Positions 12,697 through 26,047 of a DNA stretch of 64,000 nt are shown piece after piece. The position numbers were made by a program, and so were the translations under genes. The notes below the pieces were generated by a model. The model was not told the origin of the DNA. It did not search any database and saw only the letters and a list, made by a program, of their open reading frames with translations. Every line of letters begins with the position of its first letter. The stretch's first letter is position 1. The DNA is from Azolla caroliniana (taxonomy: Eukaryota > Plantae > Polypodiophyta): assembly GCA_043228905.1 (NCBI GenBank), contig JBHGNT010000014.1, forward strand, positions 7,626,001 to 7,690,000, in the 5' to 3' direction.

Positions 12697-15600
12697 ATGA
12701 AAGTGGAAACATGGAATGTGAGAGGGGCATGTTCTCCTCATAAGAAGTATATATTATGGAAAACTTTATTACATAAAGAATGGGATATATTATGTGCAGT
12801 TGAGCATAAGTATCATGAGTTAGCAAGATCCACAGTTCATTTGCGTGGATATTCATCATTCAATGCAGGACATCTTAATAATCATTATTCAGGTGTGGTA
12901 TTAATCGTGCGGGATAAGTATTTTCCTTAGGTGGTGCATAATGATCCTTATGGTCGATTTTTGGTTCTAGAAATCACTTTTTTTGCCGAGGTTGTGTGGT
13001 GGTTGGGATTTATGCCCCTAACCAAGACACTCAACGTATTGCATTATGGGGCTCACTCTGCCAAACCCTATGTGTGGGCCGTCTAGGATTACTTATGGAT
13101 GATTTTAACATGTGTGTTGATGCATCTCAATCTACGTCTGAACATTCAATCATGGATGATCCTAAGCAACTTGCTTAGGATTCATTGGCTATGGAGGATT
13201 TGAAGTTGGATGTTTGGACATGGTTGCATGGGAATGATCTAGGTTTTACTTTCCAATCCGCTCAACATAGACAAACATGGAGTCGGTTAGATAGAATGTA
13301 TGTGATGCACAATGATTCTTTTTTACTGACATCACTTCGTATGGTAGTTTTACAAGATGTAGGAACTTCAGATCAATTTCCTATTTGTTTGGAGATTTGT
13401 GGTCATGCAATTGACATGTATAAATCCTTACTTGGAAAGCCTCCATTACACTTTAACTCTTCTCTTTTGCTTCAACCTCACTTTGATTCTCTCATGGAGC
13501 AAATTTCAGTAATTTTTTCACAAGAAGTGAATCTTAAAGGATTTAAAGCATGGGATATCACATTACGAAATATTAAGATCGTTCATCGTATGTATGGAGT
13601 AACTAATGCTCAATGAAGAAGAGGTCTTCTTCGAAAATTCTTACAAGTTCTCTCTAGGTGTAATCCATTATTGATACGTGCACCTTTAGGTGAGGAGCTT
13701 TTGGATATGCAAAGTCAATTGCATGTTATTATTTCTCAGTTGCAATGCCAAAGTTATCGTTATACAAAGATGTGACAATTGAGGGATGGGCTCATAGATA
13801 ATCAATGTCAATCCCATTTGTTTTTCCAAGCGTTACATCCTACTTATACTCGATCTAATGTGGTACATGTGAAGCAAGGTGATGAATGGATAGTGGATCC
13901 TACTAAAATAATTGACATATGTGTTCATTATTTTGAGTTGATTGGCCCACAATTGCTAATGACAAATGAGGTGAGTAGAGCACGTCATGAGTTTTATGAT
14001 GTGGTTGGATGTATTGTGCATGATCTCATTAGTCATGAATTGGATGTGGATTTCACTGAGGATGAGGTGGACACAGTTTTAAGGCATCTTCCTAGTGGTA
14101 AGAGCCCTGGTTGGGATGGCTTGACAAATGAAGTTTTTAAGCGATATTCACACATTTTAAAGGGGCCCTTAACTTTGATGTTTCAACATTCTTGGGATTC
14201 TGGTCGTATGCCTCAAGCTTGGAAGGTTGGTCTAATTAAATTAGTTCCAAAGGTGGCATCTCCAAAGTCATTTCATCAATGGAGACCTATTTCTTTGATG
14301 GGGGGGTTGTATAAGATATTTACAAAGGTCTTGGCAAATAGATTACAAAAGTATTTGCCAAAGTTGATACATCCTGCCCAATATGGTTTTATTGCAGGTA
14401 GGAATAGATTGCATAATGTGTTGAATGTTCAAATGGCCATGGATTATGCCCGAAACACTCATCAAGAATTGATTATGGTGCAATTAGATTTGGAGAAAGC
14501 TTATGATCATGATAATTGGTCCTTTGTTTCTGGTTTAATGCATACAATGGGCTTTGGACCTCGTATGTCTCACCTCACATTTTTATTAGGACAAGATGTG
14601 GTGTCTCGAGTCATGCTTAATGGAGGAGTTACATTAGATATTGCCCTTACAAGATCCGTTCGTCAAGGATGCCCTATTAGCCCCTTGTTGTTTGTTATTG
14701 TTACTCATCCCTTGTTAGTGATGCTATCAAGGCTTGCAACAAATGGTGATATTGTGGGTCTACACCTTTCGTCTGGAGGGCAACTAGTTGCGGAAGCTTT
14801 GGCTGATGATTCTTTCATGTTTCTACAAGCCTCACGAGAGAATCTTGAGAAGGGGATGTTTGTATGGAACCAATTTGCATTGGCTTCCGGATTACATATT
14901 AATTGGAGGAAGTCTAGTCTCATATCATGTACTGAAAGGGATTTGGAATGTTTAAGATGGCATGGATCCGTGGTGAAGAAAGGCTCTATTTTTCGACACT
15001 TGGGCTATCCATTAGGAATGAATGTTACAAATGGTCAATTGATTGAATGGATGTCTAGTAAGTTGAGGGATAAGTTCATGTATTGGAAATCACAATCTTG
15101 GCCATTTCATGTACGTTTGAAGGTTGTACAATGTATTATGGAACCTATGATATTATATTACTTGCCACTGCTGTCATGGACAAAGAAGGCTTTGGATTCT
15201 ATTTTGCAACCTCTTCGATATTTGTTGTGGAAGAAAAGGGATAAGATGGGAATCACTTGGGTTGCATGGAATCATTTGGCAACTCCTAAGTGCTTGGGGG
15301 GAGTTGGAGTATTGAACTTATCTAAGCATATGATGGCTTGTAGATTTTCATTATTACAAGACATGTGTTCAAACTCACAACCATGGATATCTATTGTTCA
15401 ATATTTCATTGAGAACAAGGGTTTAACACATGGGAGGACAACAATTAAGGCTTCATGGTGGCAATTACTAAATGGATGTATTTCACTTAGGATTCTAGGC
15501 TCTACATGTGTTCAACACTTGGTTATCTCATGGCAAGAAACACTCTTATTATGTGTATGGAAACCATCATCTAGTAGAGAGCATTATAATTCTTTGCAAA

Positions 15601-16520
15601 AAGAGTTACTTGTGTCTTCTTGGTTAGTATGTTGGCTAGGAAAGGAGAGATTATGCTCTCAATTTAATTGTTTGTTTCGTTTAGGGGTCAAAGAGGTGGG
15701 AGATATAGTTGAGGCTCCATCTCAAAGAATTTTGGAGTTTGTTGAAGCACGACAATTATTACGCATTCCGCCTAATTATGGGTATTTTTTGGCAACAACT
15801 ACGAAATATTCCATTGATGCAAGGTCCCTTACCTCTACAAACAGGAGAACAACTGTGGATTGATTGGTGTTTAAAGGGTCAAACATTGTTGTTACAAGTG
15901 ACTACTAATCTTTTGTATCATTGCTTTGTTGAGTCTCTTGGATGGTTATCAGCTAAGGCTAAAGAAGAATGGAGATTACACAAATCTGATCATGGGTGGT
16001 GGCAAATCTTACAACGTAGTTGGCGTTCTAAATTGCCACTTGTAGCAAAGGTCTTCATTTGGAGAGTTTTGATTGGAGAATTTCCTTTGGGATTAGCTCT
16101 AAAGCCTCGTGGACTAGCAACAGGTAATTGCTTTTTTCGCACTGTTCAAATGGAAGATAGTACTCATCGATTTATACAATGTCCGATTGCTCCTCACATT
16201 TGGAGTTACATTTCTCAAATTTGGCAAGTTTTATCACGGTGTTATTTGACACCTAGACATTGGGTGTTTGCACAATTTACATAGGTGGACCCAAAGTCAG
16301 AGATGGAGATTGTTTTTCTATTTTTGAGATATTGGGGATTGCGTCATAATTGGAATATGCGCAAGGCTTTTGTATTCGATGGTAGACATGGAGTGAAAGC
16401 ATATCTACGAAAGTTGAAGGGAGTACTAATGTGACAATTTTCTTTATTGGAGCAAGTGGAAATCCTTTCCTCGATGGAATGTTTGTCTTGTTTATTGGCA
16501 ATTCAACATGTTCCATTACC
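12697..16520 (+). pseudogene. LINE ORF2 (AP endonuclease - reverse transcriptase - zf-RVT)
   Basis: TWNVRG, GIYAPN, DDFN, SRLDR, KSPGWDG, WRPISL, LDLEKAYD, RQGCPISP, LADD, HLG, CFF..EDSTHRFIQC. Confidence 0.93.
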
Positions 16521-16623
16521 CATGTAGTGTAGTGTCGTTAGTGGGTGACCATACTTCATGGTCACACCCATTGTAAGTAGTGTTTTTTACACACATTTAT
16601 TAATATAATTGTGTGTTTTCACC

Positions 16624-16656
16624 AGAGAGAGAGAGAGAGTGAGAGAGAGAGAGAGA
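16624..16656. repeat. (GA)n microsatellite at the LINE 3' boundary
   Basis: About 16 GA units with one interruption. Confidence 0.95.
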
Positions 16657-16786
16657 ATGTTGTGTATGGCAAGTGTATTCTTATCAATGTATGCAAATTA
16701 GATGGACAGAAAGTTACATTGTATATGTGGGAGGCATCATCAAGGGAAACTCCAAAGTTGAATGTCCTAAAGAGTGTGCTTGGTGG

Positions 16787-17259
16787 TGTCAAGACTGAGA
16801 GAGAGAAAGAGAGAGAAAGAGAGAGAAAGAGAGATAATTGAAAGAGAATTATTATATTGAAGAGAAAAATGGATTACAAAGAGTAGGCTACAAAATGGCA
16901 TTGAACCAATTTAGGTTTGGGATGGGTGGTAGATCCCTATTTATAAGTAGTAGAGAACACTCTAGAATATTCTAGGTTATCCTAGAATGTAGAGTAATCT
17001 AGAAGATCTCTAGAGTATTCTAGAAGGTTCTAGTGGTATAGAACACTCTAGAATATTCTAGGTCATTCAAGAATGTAGAGTAATATAGAATATTCCTATG
17101 ATATTAGATTTCATATTCTAAAAACTATACATATAAGAATATAAATACAATGGTTAAGGATTTGACATGTGTATAACAAGGTCATGGGTTCAAATCCTTT
17201 CGAGTCATAATGTGAGTGTCATGATCCTTTCGATGCATGATGTGAGTATTATCATGACA
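16787..17259 (-). repeat. 3' LTR of gypsy I
   Basis: TGTCA..TGACA termini; PPT GAAGAAGGGAGATAG adjacent; internal TCTAGA-rich repeats. Confidence 0.92.
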
Positions 17260-17272
17260 CTATCTCCCTTCT

Positions 17273-19566
17273 TCAACGACACGTCTCACGGGTCGTAGGG
17301 TTTGTATTAGGACCTGGTTTACAAGGATATTGGCGATGAAATGCATTGACGAGTTCTGCAACATTGGAAAGATTTGCGGCAGGTTCCCAAGTTCGATCAT
17401 TGGGGGTATAGCCTAGCCAATCGACTAAGTAATACAACTTGTTGCGCACGATTTTAGAATCTGACGAGTTCTGCAACATTGGAAAGATTTGCGGCAGGTT
17501 CCCAAGTTCGATCATTGGGGGTATAGCCTAGCCAATCGACTAAGTAATACAAATTGTTGCGCACGATTTTAGAATCGAGAACGATAGCAACTTCAAATTC
17601 AGGCCCGTCCAAGAACTCGACAGGTGGGGGGGGTGTCGTAAGACAACCCGGAATTGAACTTGTAGTATAAGGTTCCAAAAGGGATACATGAAACACCGGA
17701 TGAAGATGCATGTGCGGAGGGAGGTCCAGACGAAATGCAACATCACTTATCTTACCAGTGATCATGTAAGGGCCAAAACGTTGATAATCCAATTTACTGC
17801 AAGGTCGAATGGTCTTGATGTTGTGTTGTAGAAGCCATACATGATCCCCAATGCGGAACTTTTTTGAGGAGTCTAGACGATGACCATCGGCAAGCCTCTT
17901 GTGTGTAAATTGAGCATTGTGCAAATTGTGGAGGATGTTAGCTTGAACTTCTTGGAGGCAACTAAGACGATCCTTGGCAGTAGGGTTGGTAGGAATGTCT
18001 GGATGTGCATTCATCGTCCACCGAGGATGATAGCCCGTATTTGCGAAAAATGGGGAATATCCTATAGAAGAATGGGCTGAGTTGTTGTAAGCGAATTCTG
18101 CCAAGTACAAAAAATCAACCCAATCATCTTGTTGATAGTTGATGAAACAACGAAGATATTGTTCCAATGTCTGGTTGGTACGCTCAGTTTGGCCATTTGT
18201 TTCGGGATGATAGCCTGAAGAAAGCTTAACAGAAATGTGGAGAGAAGTTTGAACATGTGCTTCCAAAACTTTGAGATGAATTGTGGACCACAATCACTAT
18301 TAATATCATCCGGCAGACCATGATGCTTAAATACCTCCCGTATAACGAGATCAGCCGCCTCTTGACTAGTAATCGACTTTGTACATGGCAAGAAATATGC
18401 CATTTTGGTAAATCGATCAACCACTGTGAGAATTGCATCAAAACCTTTTGAAATGGGGAGATCAATAATGAAGTCCAAGGATATAGACTTCCAAGGAGTT
18501 TTCGGAATGGGAAGTGGTTGTAGTAAGCCATAGGATCAGTGACGAGGACTCTTTGATCGATAACATATATCACAGCTCCAAACATACTCCTAAACAAAAT
18601 GACGAAGGCGAGGCCACCAATAGCGTCGAGAAATTAATTCTAGAGTCTTGCGAACTCCAAAATGACCAGCCATTGGTGAGTCATGGCAATGTTGTAAAAC
18701 TTGTAGCCATGGGGGACCATCAGGAACATACAATAGATTTTGTCGAAATAGAAAACCACCATGCCAATAGAACTGACAATAGTCATTATGAGGATTTTTC
18801 GACCGTGAGCAAGAAGCACGATCCGGGATGATATGATCCAAAACATCCTTGGCGAAATCATCAGTGGCCATATGATCTCGAATGGAATCAAGAAGAGTGG
18901 AATTTTCAAGAGTTGTTATGGCGTTAACTACCATTAATCATAATCAATTAGGACCCAAAAGGATTTGTTTTTGATGCTCAAATGCAGGTTCCCCTGGACG
19001 AAGTTCCATATAAGAGCGCGGAGAAAGAGCATCTGCTTTGCCTTGCTGCATCCCAGGGCGATATATGATGATAAAGTCGAAGTGAGTCAAAAATTGCGCC
19101 CATCGGGCTTGTCGCCGACTCAAGACTCGAGCATTTTGGAAATAAGTCAGGTTCTTATTATCATTGTAGACAATGATTTGCTGAGAAGAACCTTCTAGAA
19201 AATGTCACCATTGTTGAAACAAATCCACGATTGCAAGAAGCTGTTTATCATGGATCTCGTAGTTGATCTCTGCAGCTTCAAACTTTCGTGAATGAAAGGC
19301 GACAGGGTGTAGCTGTCCATCATCTCCAGTCTGCGAGAGGACACTCCCTAGTGCAAAATCGGATGCATTGGCTTCGAGGATGAAGCGTTTTGTTGGGTCG
19401 ACATGTGCTAAGATAGGTGTCATTGTAAATGCTTGTTTTAAACTTTCGAATGCCTCGGCTGCATCTGAACTCCATATAAATGGTTGATCTTTATGTGTGA
19501 GTTGAGTAAGTGGAAGCACAACCTTGGAATAATCTTTAATAAATTTTCGATAAAAATTTGCAAACC
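17273..19566 (-). pseudogene. Gypsy I RNase H - integrase - chromodomain
   Basis: [55 protein letters not shown] motif, YLVDWLGY..TWEP. Confidence 0.93.
17347..17576. repeat. 115-bp tandem duplication of chromodomain coding sequence
   Basis: 17347-17461 and 17462-17576, one mismatch. Confidence 0.95.
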
Positions 19567-19958
19567 TGTAAAAGATTGCTTGCCGAAGCGTTAGAAAGAA
19601 CAATACACAAAGAGAGAGAGAGAGAGCAGGACACACTATTCTTCAAAATTATATGAATACTCTGTGCTTTGTATCTACAACGCGCTCATCAGCGCTATTT
19701 ATACAAGTCCACACGGGACTGTTAGAAGTACGGTGTACTTCAATGCTCACACGAGCATCTGACACTAACTGCGAGACTATAACTACCTAGTAGTCTAACC
19801 TATGCTAGGTTTCCGGTTACGGATTGGATCCGGCATACCGGCTCCCCAACTCACCGGTCCTTACTGCTTATCGGCTCGGTTGCTCACCGGCATACCGATT
19901 CATCTCGCTTACCGGCTCAGGCTTATTCAGCCGATCCGGCTCCGGTTGAGCTTGCCGC

Positions 19959-22900
19959 TCAACACTCCCCCTCAAGCTCAACCTGAGGTAGGGTCATAGT
20001 GTCAACCTCTGTGGCAGCCGATTCTTCCAACCGACTTCTCCTGGCGTCGCTTCGCCTTGCTCGCGCTCCTTGTCCGGTCCGGTCCCGTTTGCCGTGACCC
20101 CTTTGGTTCTGCGTGCCTCGACCTTCAACATGTCTGCTCAATAGGCCCATCTCAGCTCCTTCGCTGCTATGACTCCGGCGCTTGCTGATCCGTCGGTTCC
20201 TCCGCAATGGCATCGACTTCCGTTGCATCCGTGTCTCGTTGGCCTCTTCAGCCGATTCACCAAAGTCGAATTCTTCATTCGATTCCGCATCATGGCCACT
20301 ACGATCGTGATGACCTCCGCATAGCATGCACTTCTCTTCTTGAGTGTACACTTCTTCTTCACAGCCGCTCACTCCGACCTGTTCGGATGTGCCGACTTCC
20401 TTCGTCGACTCGACTTCATTTTTTTTCTTGTCTCCACCTTTGCCGGTTCTTCTCTTACCTACGGGTTCAACAGTTTTTTTGCCTTTGCCCGTTTCGGTAG
20501 TGTCTTTGCCCTTGCGTCTCCCCCTCAAGTGCGGCACGTCGAGATGTTGAACACCAAGCATTTCGGTAAAGTGCTGCAACTTGTCCGACCCGAGCGGCTT
20601 GGTGAAGATGTCGGCAACTTGCCGATCCGTGTGAACATACCGTAGTTCAACTTCACTGCTCAGGACCCGCTCACGCACGAAGTGATAATGCACTTCTATG
20701 TGCTTTGTGCGAGCATGGAACATAAGGTTCTTGGCGAGCTGCATGCTGCTGAGGTTATCGCTGTCGTAGTGTATTTCGTACACTACGTGAAAAAGTAAAA
20801 ATAATATAACCGATTTAATTACATATAAATAAATAAAATAAGAATATCAAAATATTTATCACGTGCATAGGGCAGGATTCAAACCCTGTACCTCCACATA
20901 ACCAAACCTCAACTTTACCATTATGCTACCTTATCTTTAGCATTCTACAAATAGATTTAATAACTATAAGTGCTTTATTTGCGCCTACCTTTATTAAAAG
21001 GTAAATCATGCATTTTTAGAGGGCGTGAATATTTTATAGAAAAACGCAAGCAACTAAAAAGTGACTCATGCACATCTAGTGTGCATGAGCACTATATTTA
21101 GCAAATAAAAGCGAGGATTAGAAAAGCATCACATGCACATTTAGTGTGCATGAACATATTAGAAAAAAAACATATAGCTATGCTTAGTCTCTCCCATCAC
21201 TATATAAGGATGGGGAGCACATTGTAGTTTTTGTTGATTATTTTTCTATAATGATCAATCAATCTAAAATATTCGTGGGATTCACGAATTTGCTAAAATA
21301 ATTCTCTCTTACTACCTAAATATTGACTAAATATACTAAACTCGTGGGATTCACGAGATTTTTATCTTATAACTCTTTATACCTATTCTTTACTAGCCTT
21401 ATTTGTATTTTTCTTCCTCCTAGTCCAAAACCTCAGTGGTTCCCACCCGACTCACGCAACGATCCGGAGCCGAAAGGCACGACATCGCAGTAGATCAGGA
21501 TCGGGGTCGGTACCTCGATCCGTAGGTCTTGCAGTAGTCGCCGAAGCCAAATGGCTTCGCAGGTGGCAACGGTCGCGCCCCGGTATTCAGCCTCAGTGCT
21601 GGATAGAGCCACTGTTGGCTGCTTTTTGCTGCTCCATGCAACAACCGCGCTCCCAAGAGAAAACATAAAGCTGGAAGTTGAGCGACGATCCGTTGCATCG
21701 CCGGCCCAGTCGGCATCCGTGTAGCCGACAAGCTCTTCGGTTATACCTTGCCGGTATAAGAGCCCCCGGTCCTTAGTGTCGCTTACATACCTCAGTATTC
21801 GTTGCGCGCACTGAAGGTGCTCCACGGTCGGCTTCTGCATGAATTGGCTTACCACTCCGACCGGATAGCTAATGTCGGGTCGGGTGATGGTCAAGTAGAT
21901 CAGGCTTCCGACTATTTGTCGGAACCGTTTCTCATCGCAAGCTGGTCCAGATTTGGGACGGATCTTCTGATTCCGGTCCAGGGGTGTGGAGACAGGTCAG
22001 CATTCCATCATGCCGAACTTGTACAATATATTCAACGCATAATGGCGTTGAGAAAGCAATATGCCGTTGTGGGTGCGGATCACCTCGATCCCCAAAAAAT
22101 AATGAAGGTCCCCCAAGTCCTTCATATTGAATGCGTCTGAAAACTAGGACTTGATGCGGTTGATTTCCGGAAGACCTGGGCTGGTGATGACTAAATCATC
22201 AACATAGAGTAAGATACATACCGGACTGTTTGAGCCTTGACGAATGAATAGGGAAGAGACCGACTTAGAGGCAACAAACCCCATCTTTCGCAACCGGTGC
22301 GTGATCTTAGCATTCCAAGCACAGGGGGCTTGCTTCAAGCCATACAACGACTTCCTCAGTCGGCATACCGCCGACTTGTTCACCTCCGAGTGAAATTTGG
22401 GGGGTTGAGTCATAAAGAATTCTTCTTCAAGATCTCCTTGAAGGAAGGAATTCTTCACATCCATCTGATGAAGATGTCACCCCCTTGCCGTAGCAACCGC
22501 TATTACCACATGAACCGTCGTCATCTTCGCTACAGGAGCGAAGGTCTCGTCGTAATCGATTCCGTGGTTCTGCGCATATCCCTTCGCCACTAACCGGGCC
22601 TTGTACCGGTTAACTGTACCGTTGGCATTGTACTTTATCTTGTACACCCACTTGCATCTGATCGGTTTACAGTGACGGGGAGGGTCAACCAGGTCCCAAG
22701 TTCCGTTGGCATCCAGTGCCCGCATTTCTTCCTCCATAGCAGCACGCCAATTTGCGTCCTTTGCCACTCGTGCGTAGCTCTCTAGCTCACGCACTTCCGC
22801 AACCTTGGTCATGTACGCATAATGATGCGCCATGTACTCGTTATACCCATACGGTTTAACGGGATCCTTCTGGCGGGTGGACCGGCGGAACTCACCGTTA

Positions 22901-25586
22901 CCCCATATAAGACCCTTCTTGGCCGGTTCGGTCTTCGTTCTCGAAGATCTGCCTATGTCCTTGCCGAAGTCAAATACGCACCGATCCGACTCATCATTGC
23001 CGGTCTCGAATTCCGGCATCTTATGCTTCCCTTTCTCTTTGTGTGTGAACCGTCTCCTCGGTTTCTTGCGCGGGGAGAGCACGACAGAGTTTCAACTACT
23101 TGCCGTTTCATCATCCGACTGGTTGGACTGATCCAGTCTCTCATTCGGTTCGCTTAACCGGAACGATTCCGGACTCTCATCTTGAGTCCCGGCTTCATCT
23201 TTCTCTACCTGGGCCGGTTCGGGCTCACTAGCCCCATCCTCCGATATCGGGTCGGGATCGGAAGTCAGAGTCGATAAGGAATACCACGATGCCGATTCAT
23301 CAAACTTGACATCTCGGCTGACTCGAACCTGCTTCGTCCGGGGGTTACAACACTTATACCCCTTTTGCTCTTGAGCATAGCTGACTAGGATGCATTTTTC
23401 CGATTTTGCATCCAGCTTTCTCTGCATCTCATCCGGCACATGTACATAGGGTATGCTGCCGAATATCCGGAGGTGTCTCAAATTCGGCTTGCGCCCGAAA
23501 TACAGCTCGTGAGCTGACAGCTTGTCCCCTATCCGGTTCTGGATGTAAACGGTCGTTTGGACCGCCTCCGCCCAATAGAACTTGGGCATGCTCTTTTCCT
23601 CCAGCATTGCCCTAGCCGCGTCAATCAACGACTGATTCTTGCTTTCGGCCACACAGTTCTGTTGCGGTGTGTATCTGCAGCTGAATTCTCGCCAAATTCC
23701 TTTTTGTTGCACATAGCTGTTGAATTGGCCGGAAAAGTACTCTTTTCCGCCATCCGACCGTAGGCATTTGATCTTCCTCTCCGATTCCTGTTCCACCATC
23801 TTTTGGAGGCTCCGGAAACACTCGAATACTTCGCTCTTCCGCTCAATGAGGTAGATCCACGTATGCCGCGTGTAGTCGTCGATGAAGGAGACGAAATATC
23901 GACTCCCGCCAATGCTAGCATTTTGTGCCGGTCCCCACACATCCGAATGGATAAGATCGAGCTTGTTACGGCTTCGATTTCTTTCGGTGGGGAATGGAAG
24001 CCAGTGTTTCTTCCCGAGTTGGCAGGCTTCACAAATTTGGGCTCTCCGGCCGCTAAACTTCGGCAAACCGAAAACGACTTGTTCCGTTTGCAGGTCTTGA
24101 AGCCTCCGGTAGTTGACGTGGCCGATCCGCTTGTGCCACAGGTCGATATCCAACTCGACCTTCTGTCCTTTGGCGAACAGTGCTTTGCCGACATCATTGG
24201 TGTTGAGAATAAACATCCTCCCATCTCTGCGCCCTTGCGCAATAACTTCGCCCTCAACCTCAATGAAGCACCCGAGGTGCGTAAACCGCACCTGCATCCC
24301 CTGGTCGACGATCTGTCCGACCGACACCAGGTTCTTCGTGATCGTCGGAACATGTAATACATTCATCAGCTTCCCCCTCTGTTCGACGTGGCTCAAAGGA
24401 ACTTCTCCGACGTGCATGATCGGGTAGGGAGTGTCGTCTCCGGTTTCGACAACTCCCGGTTGATCCGGCTTCTCCAAAAAGGAGAACCACTCCTCGTGGC
24501 TCGTCATGTGGTTTGATGCGCCGGAGTCAACGTACCACACTTCCTCCGATTTGGAAGTGGTCTTCTTCATTGAGTTTGCCTTGTGCTTCATCACCAAGGC
24601 TGGCCCCTTACCGTTCTTGGATCCTCCCGATCTGTTTGCGTAGTGCGAGCTTTGCCGGCCTTCCTTACCAGTCTTGCCGGATCCGGATTTGTCCGAATCG
24701 GCACACTTTCTCCAACACTCGCTTTCCCTGTGGCCCTTTTTGCCATAGTACCAGCATTCCGTAGCGGATTTTTCTTGTCGGCCTCTGGCACCACCTTGAC
24801 TCCCCCTGCTTGTGGAAGTCCCGGAACTGTTGGCACGCTCACTGTGCCTTCGTTCTTGCTCTTGCGGCCGCCTCCATTGCGTGCTGACCTGCCTCGTCCA
24901 CCACGCCCGTGGGACCGATCCGCTCCCGTGTACAACATCCGGTTGTCTGGGGATGCACCGGTAGATGCACCAGCGTGGTTCTCCTCTACAAGGAGCATCG
25001 ACTGTAAGTCGAAAAATGAGGGCGTATTCTCCCTTGTACAAACCGCAATCCGGAAAGCTCCGAACTTTGACGCCAGGCCTCCAAGACAGACCTACACCAT
25101 CTCGTCTTCCTCTACGGTGAAGTTAATAGAGGCAAGTGAGTCACAGATCCCTTTGATCTGGTCTATGTAATCTGCCACCGACATGTTCTTCTGTCTAACA
25201 TTGCTCAACTCCTGTCTGAGTTGCAGCTTCCGGGCAGTGGTGCTTGCGGCGAAGACCTTTTTCAAGTTTCCCCAAGCATCCTTCGGTGTCTTCGCGTCAC
25301 GGATATGGCTGAGCAGCTGGTCACCGACACTGGACGTGAAGTAGTACATCACCCTGCTTGCCGCCTGTTCCCACACTGGGAAGTCCTTGTGTGTCGTCTC
25401 CGGTGCTGAGTCGTTCACTCCGTCGACATAACTCCAGTAGCCATGCCCAAGCAGGTACTGGTGCATCTTGTATGACCAAGATGCGTAGTTGGTTCTGTCG
25501 AGCTTCTCCACCGGGAGTGACGTAGCCATACCTCTGTCCATTTCTCCTTTTGTGTCTGTTTTTCGATCTGTTAGGGTTTCCTTCAT
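19959..25586 (-). pseudogene. Copia C gag-pol (frameshifted; RNase H split by the solo LTR)
   Basis: ORF pieces 25092-25586, 23092-25041, 22477-23082, 22144-22464, 21433-21894 and 19959-20783 carry copia motifs. Confidence 0.94.
20762..21484 (+). mobile_element. Solo LTR of the Trp-primed family (F type)
   Basis: Reverse complement of the F LTRs; TGTCG..CGACA; 4-bp TSD TCGC (20758-20761 / 21485-21488); removal restores host YCDNLS. Confidence 0.93.
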
Positions 25587-26047
25587 AAGCGTAGATGTCT
25601 ACAGCAGAGGTTCTCAACCCACGCGCTTTGATACCATGTAAAAGATTTCTTGCGGAAGCGTTAGAAAGAACAATACACAAAGAGAGAGAGAGATAGAGAG
25701 AGGGCAGGACACACTATTCTTCAAAATTATATGAATACTTTGTGCTCTGTATCTACAACGCACTCATCAGCACTATCTATACAAGTCCACACGGGACTGT
25801 TAGAAGTACGATGTACTTCAATGCTCACACGAGCATCTGACACTAACTACGAGACTATAACTGCCTAGTAGTCTAACCTATACCAGGCTTCCGGTTACGG
25901 ATTGGATCCGGCATACCGGCTCCCCAGCTCACCGGTCCTTATTGCTTACCGGCTCGGTTGCTCACCGGCATACCAATTCATTTCGCTTACCGGCTCAGGC
26001 TTTTTCAGCCGATCTGGCTCTGGTTGAGCTTGCCACTCAACAAAACC

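Larger units (their letters stand above)
10928..16623 (+). mobile_element. Near full-length L1/Tx1-clade LINE (decayed)
   Basis: ORF1 then ORF2 with APE, RT and C-terminal zinc finger; bounded by (GA)n tracts; exact ends approximate. Confidence 0.88.
19567..26042 (-). mobile_element. Ty1/copia element C (full length, decayed; hosts a solo LTR)
   Basis: LTRs 19567-19964 and 25637-26042; TSD AAACC (19562-19566 / 26043-26047); PBS TGGTATCAAAGC (25625-25636); full gag-pol motif set. Confidence 0.97.

Noticed and set aside
19959-20540. Copia 3' extension as an envelope-like gene
   Set aside because: In frame with pol, hydrophilic, with no signal peptide or transmembrane segment
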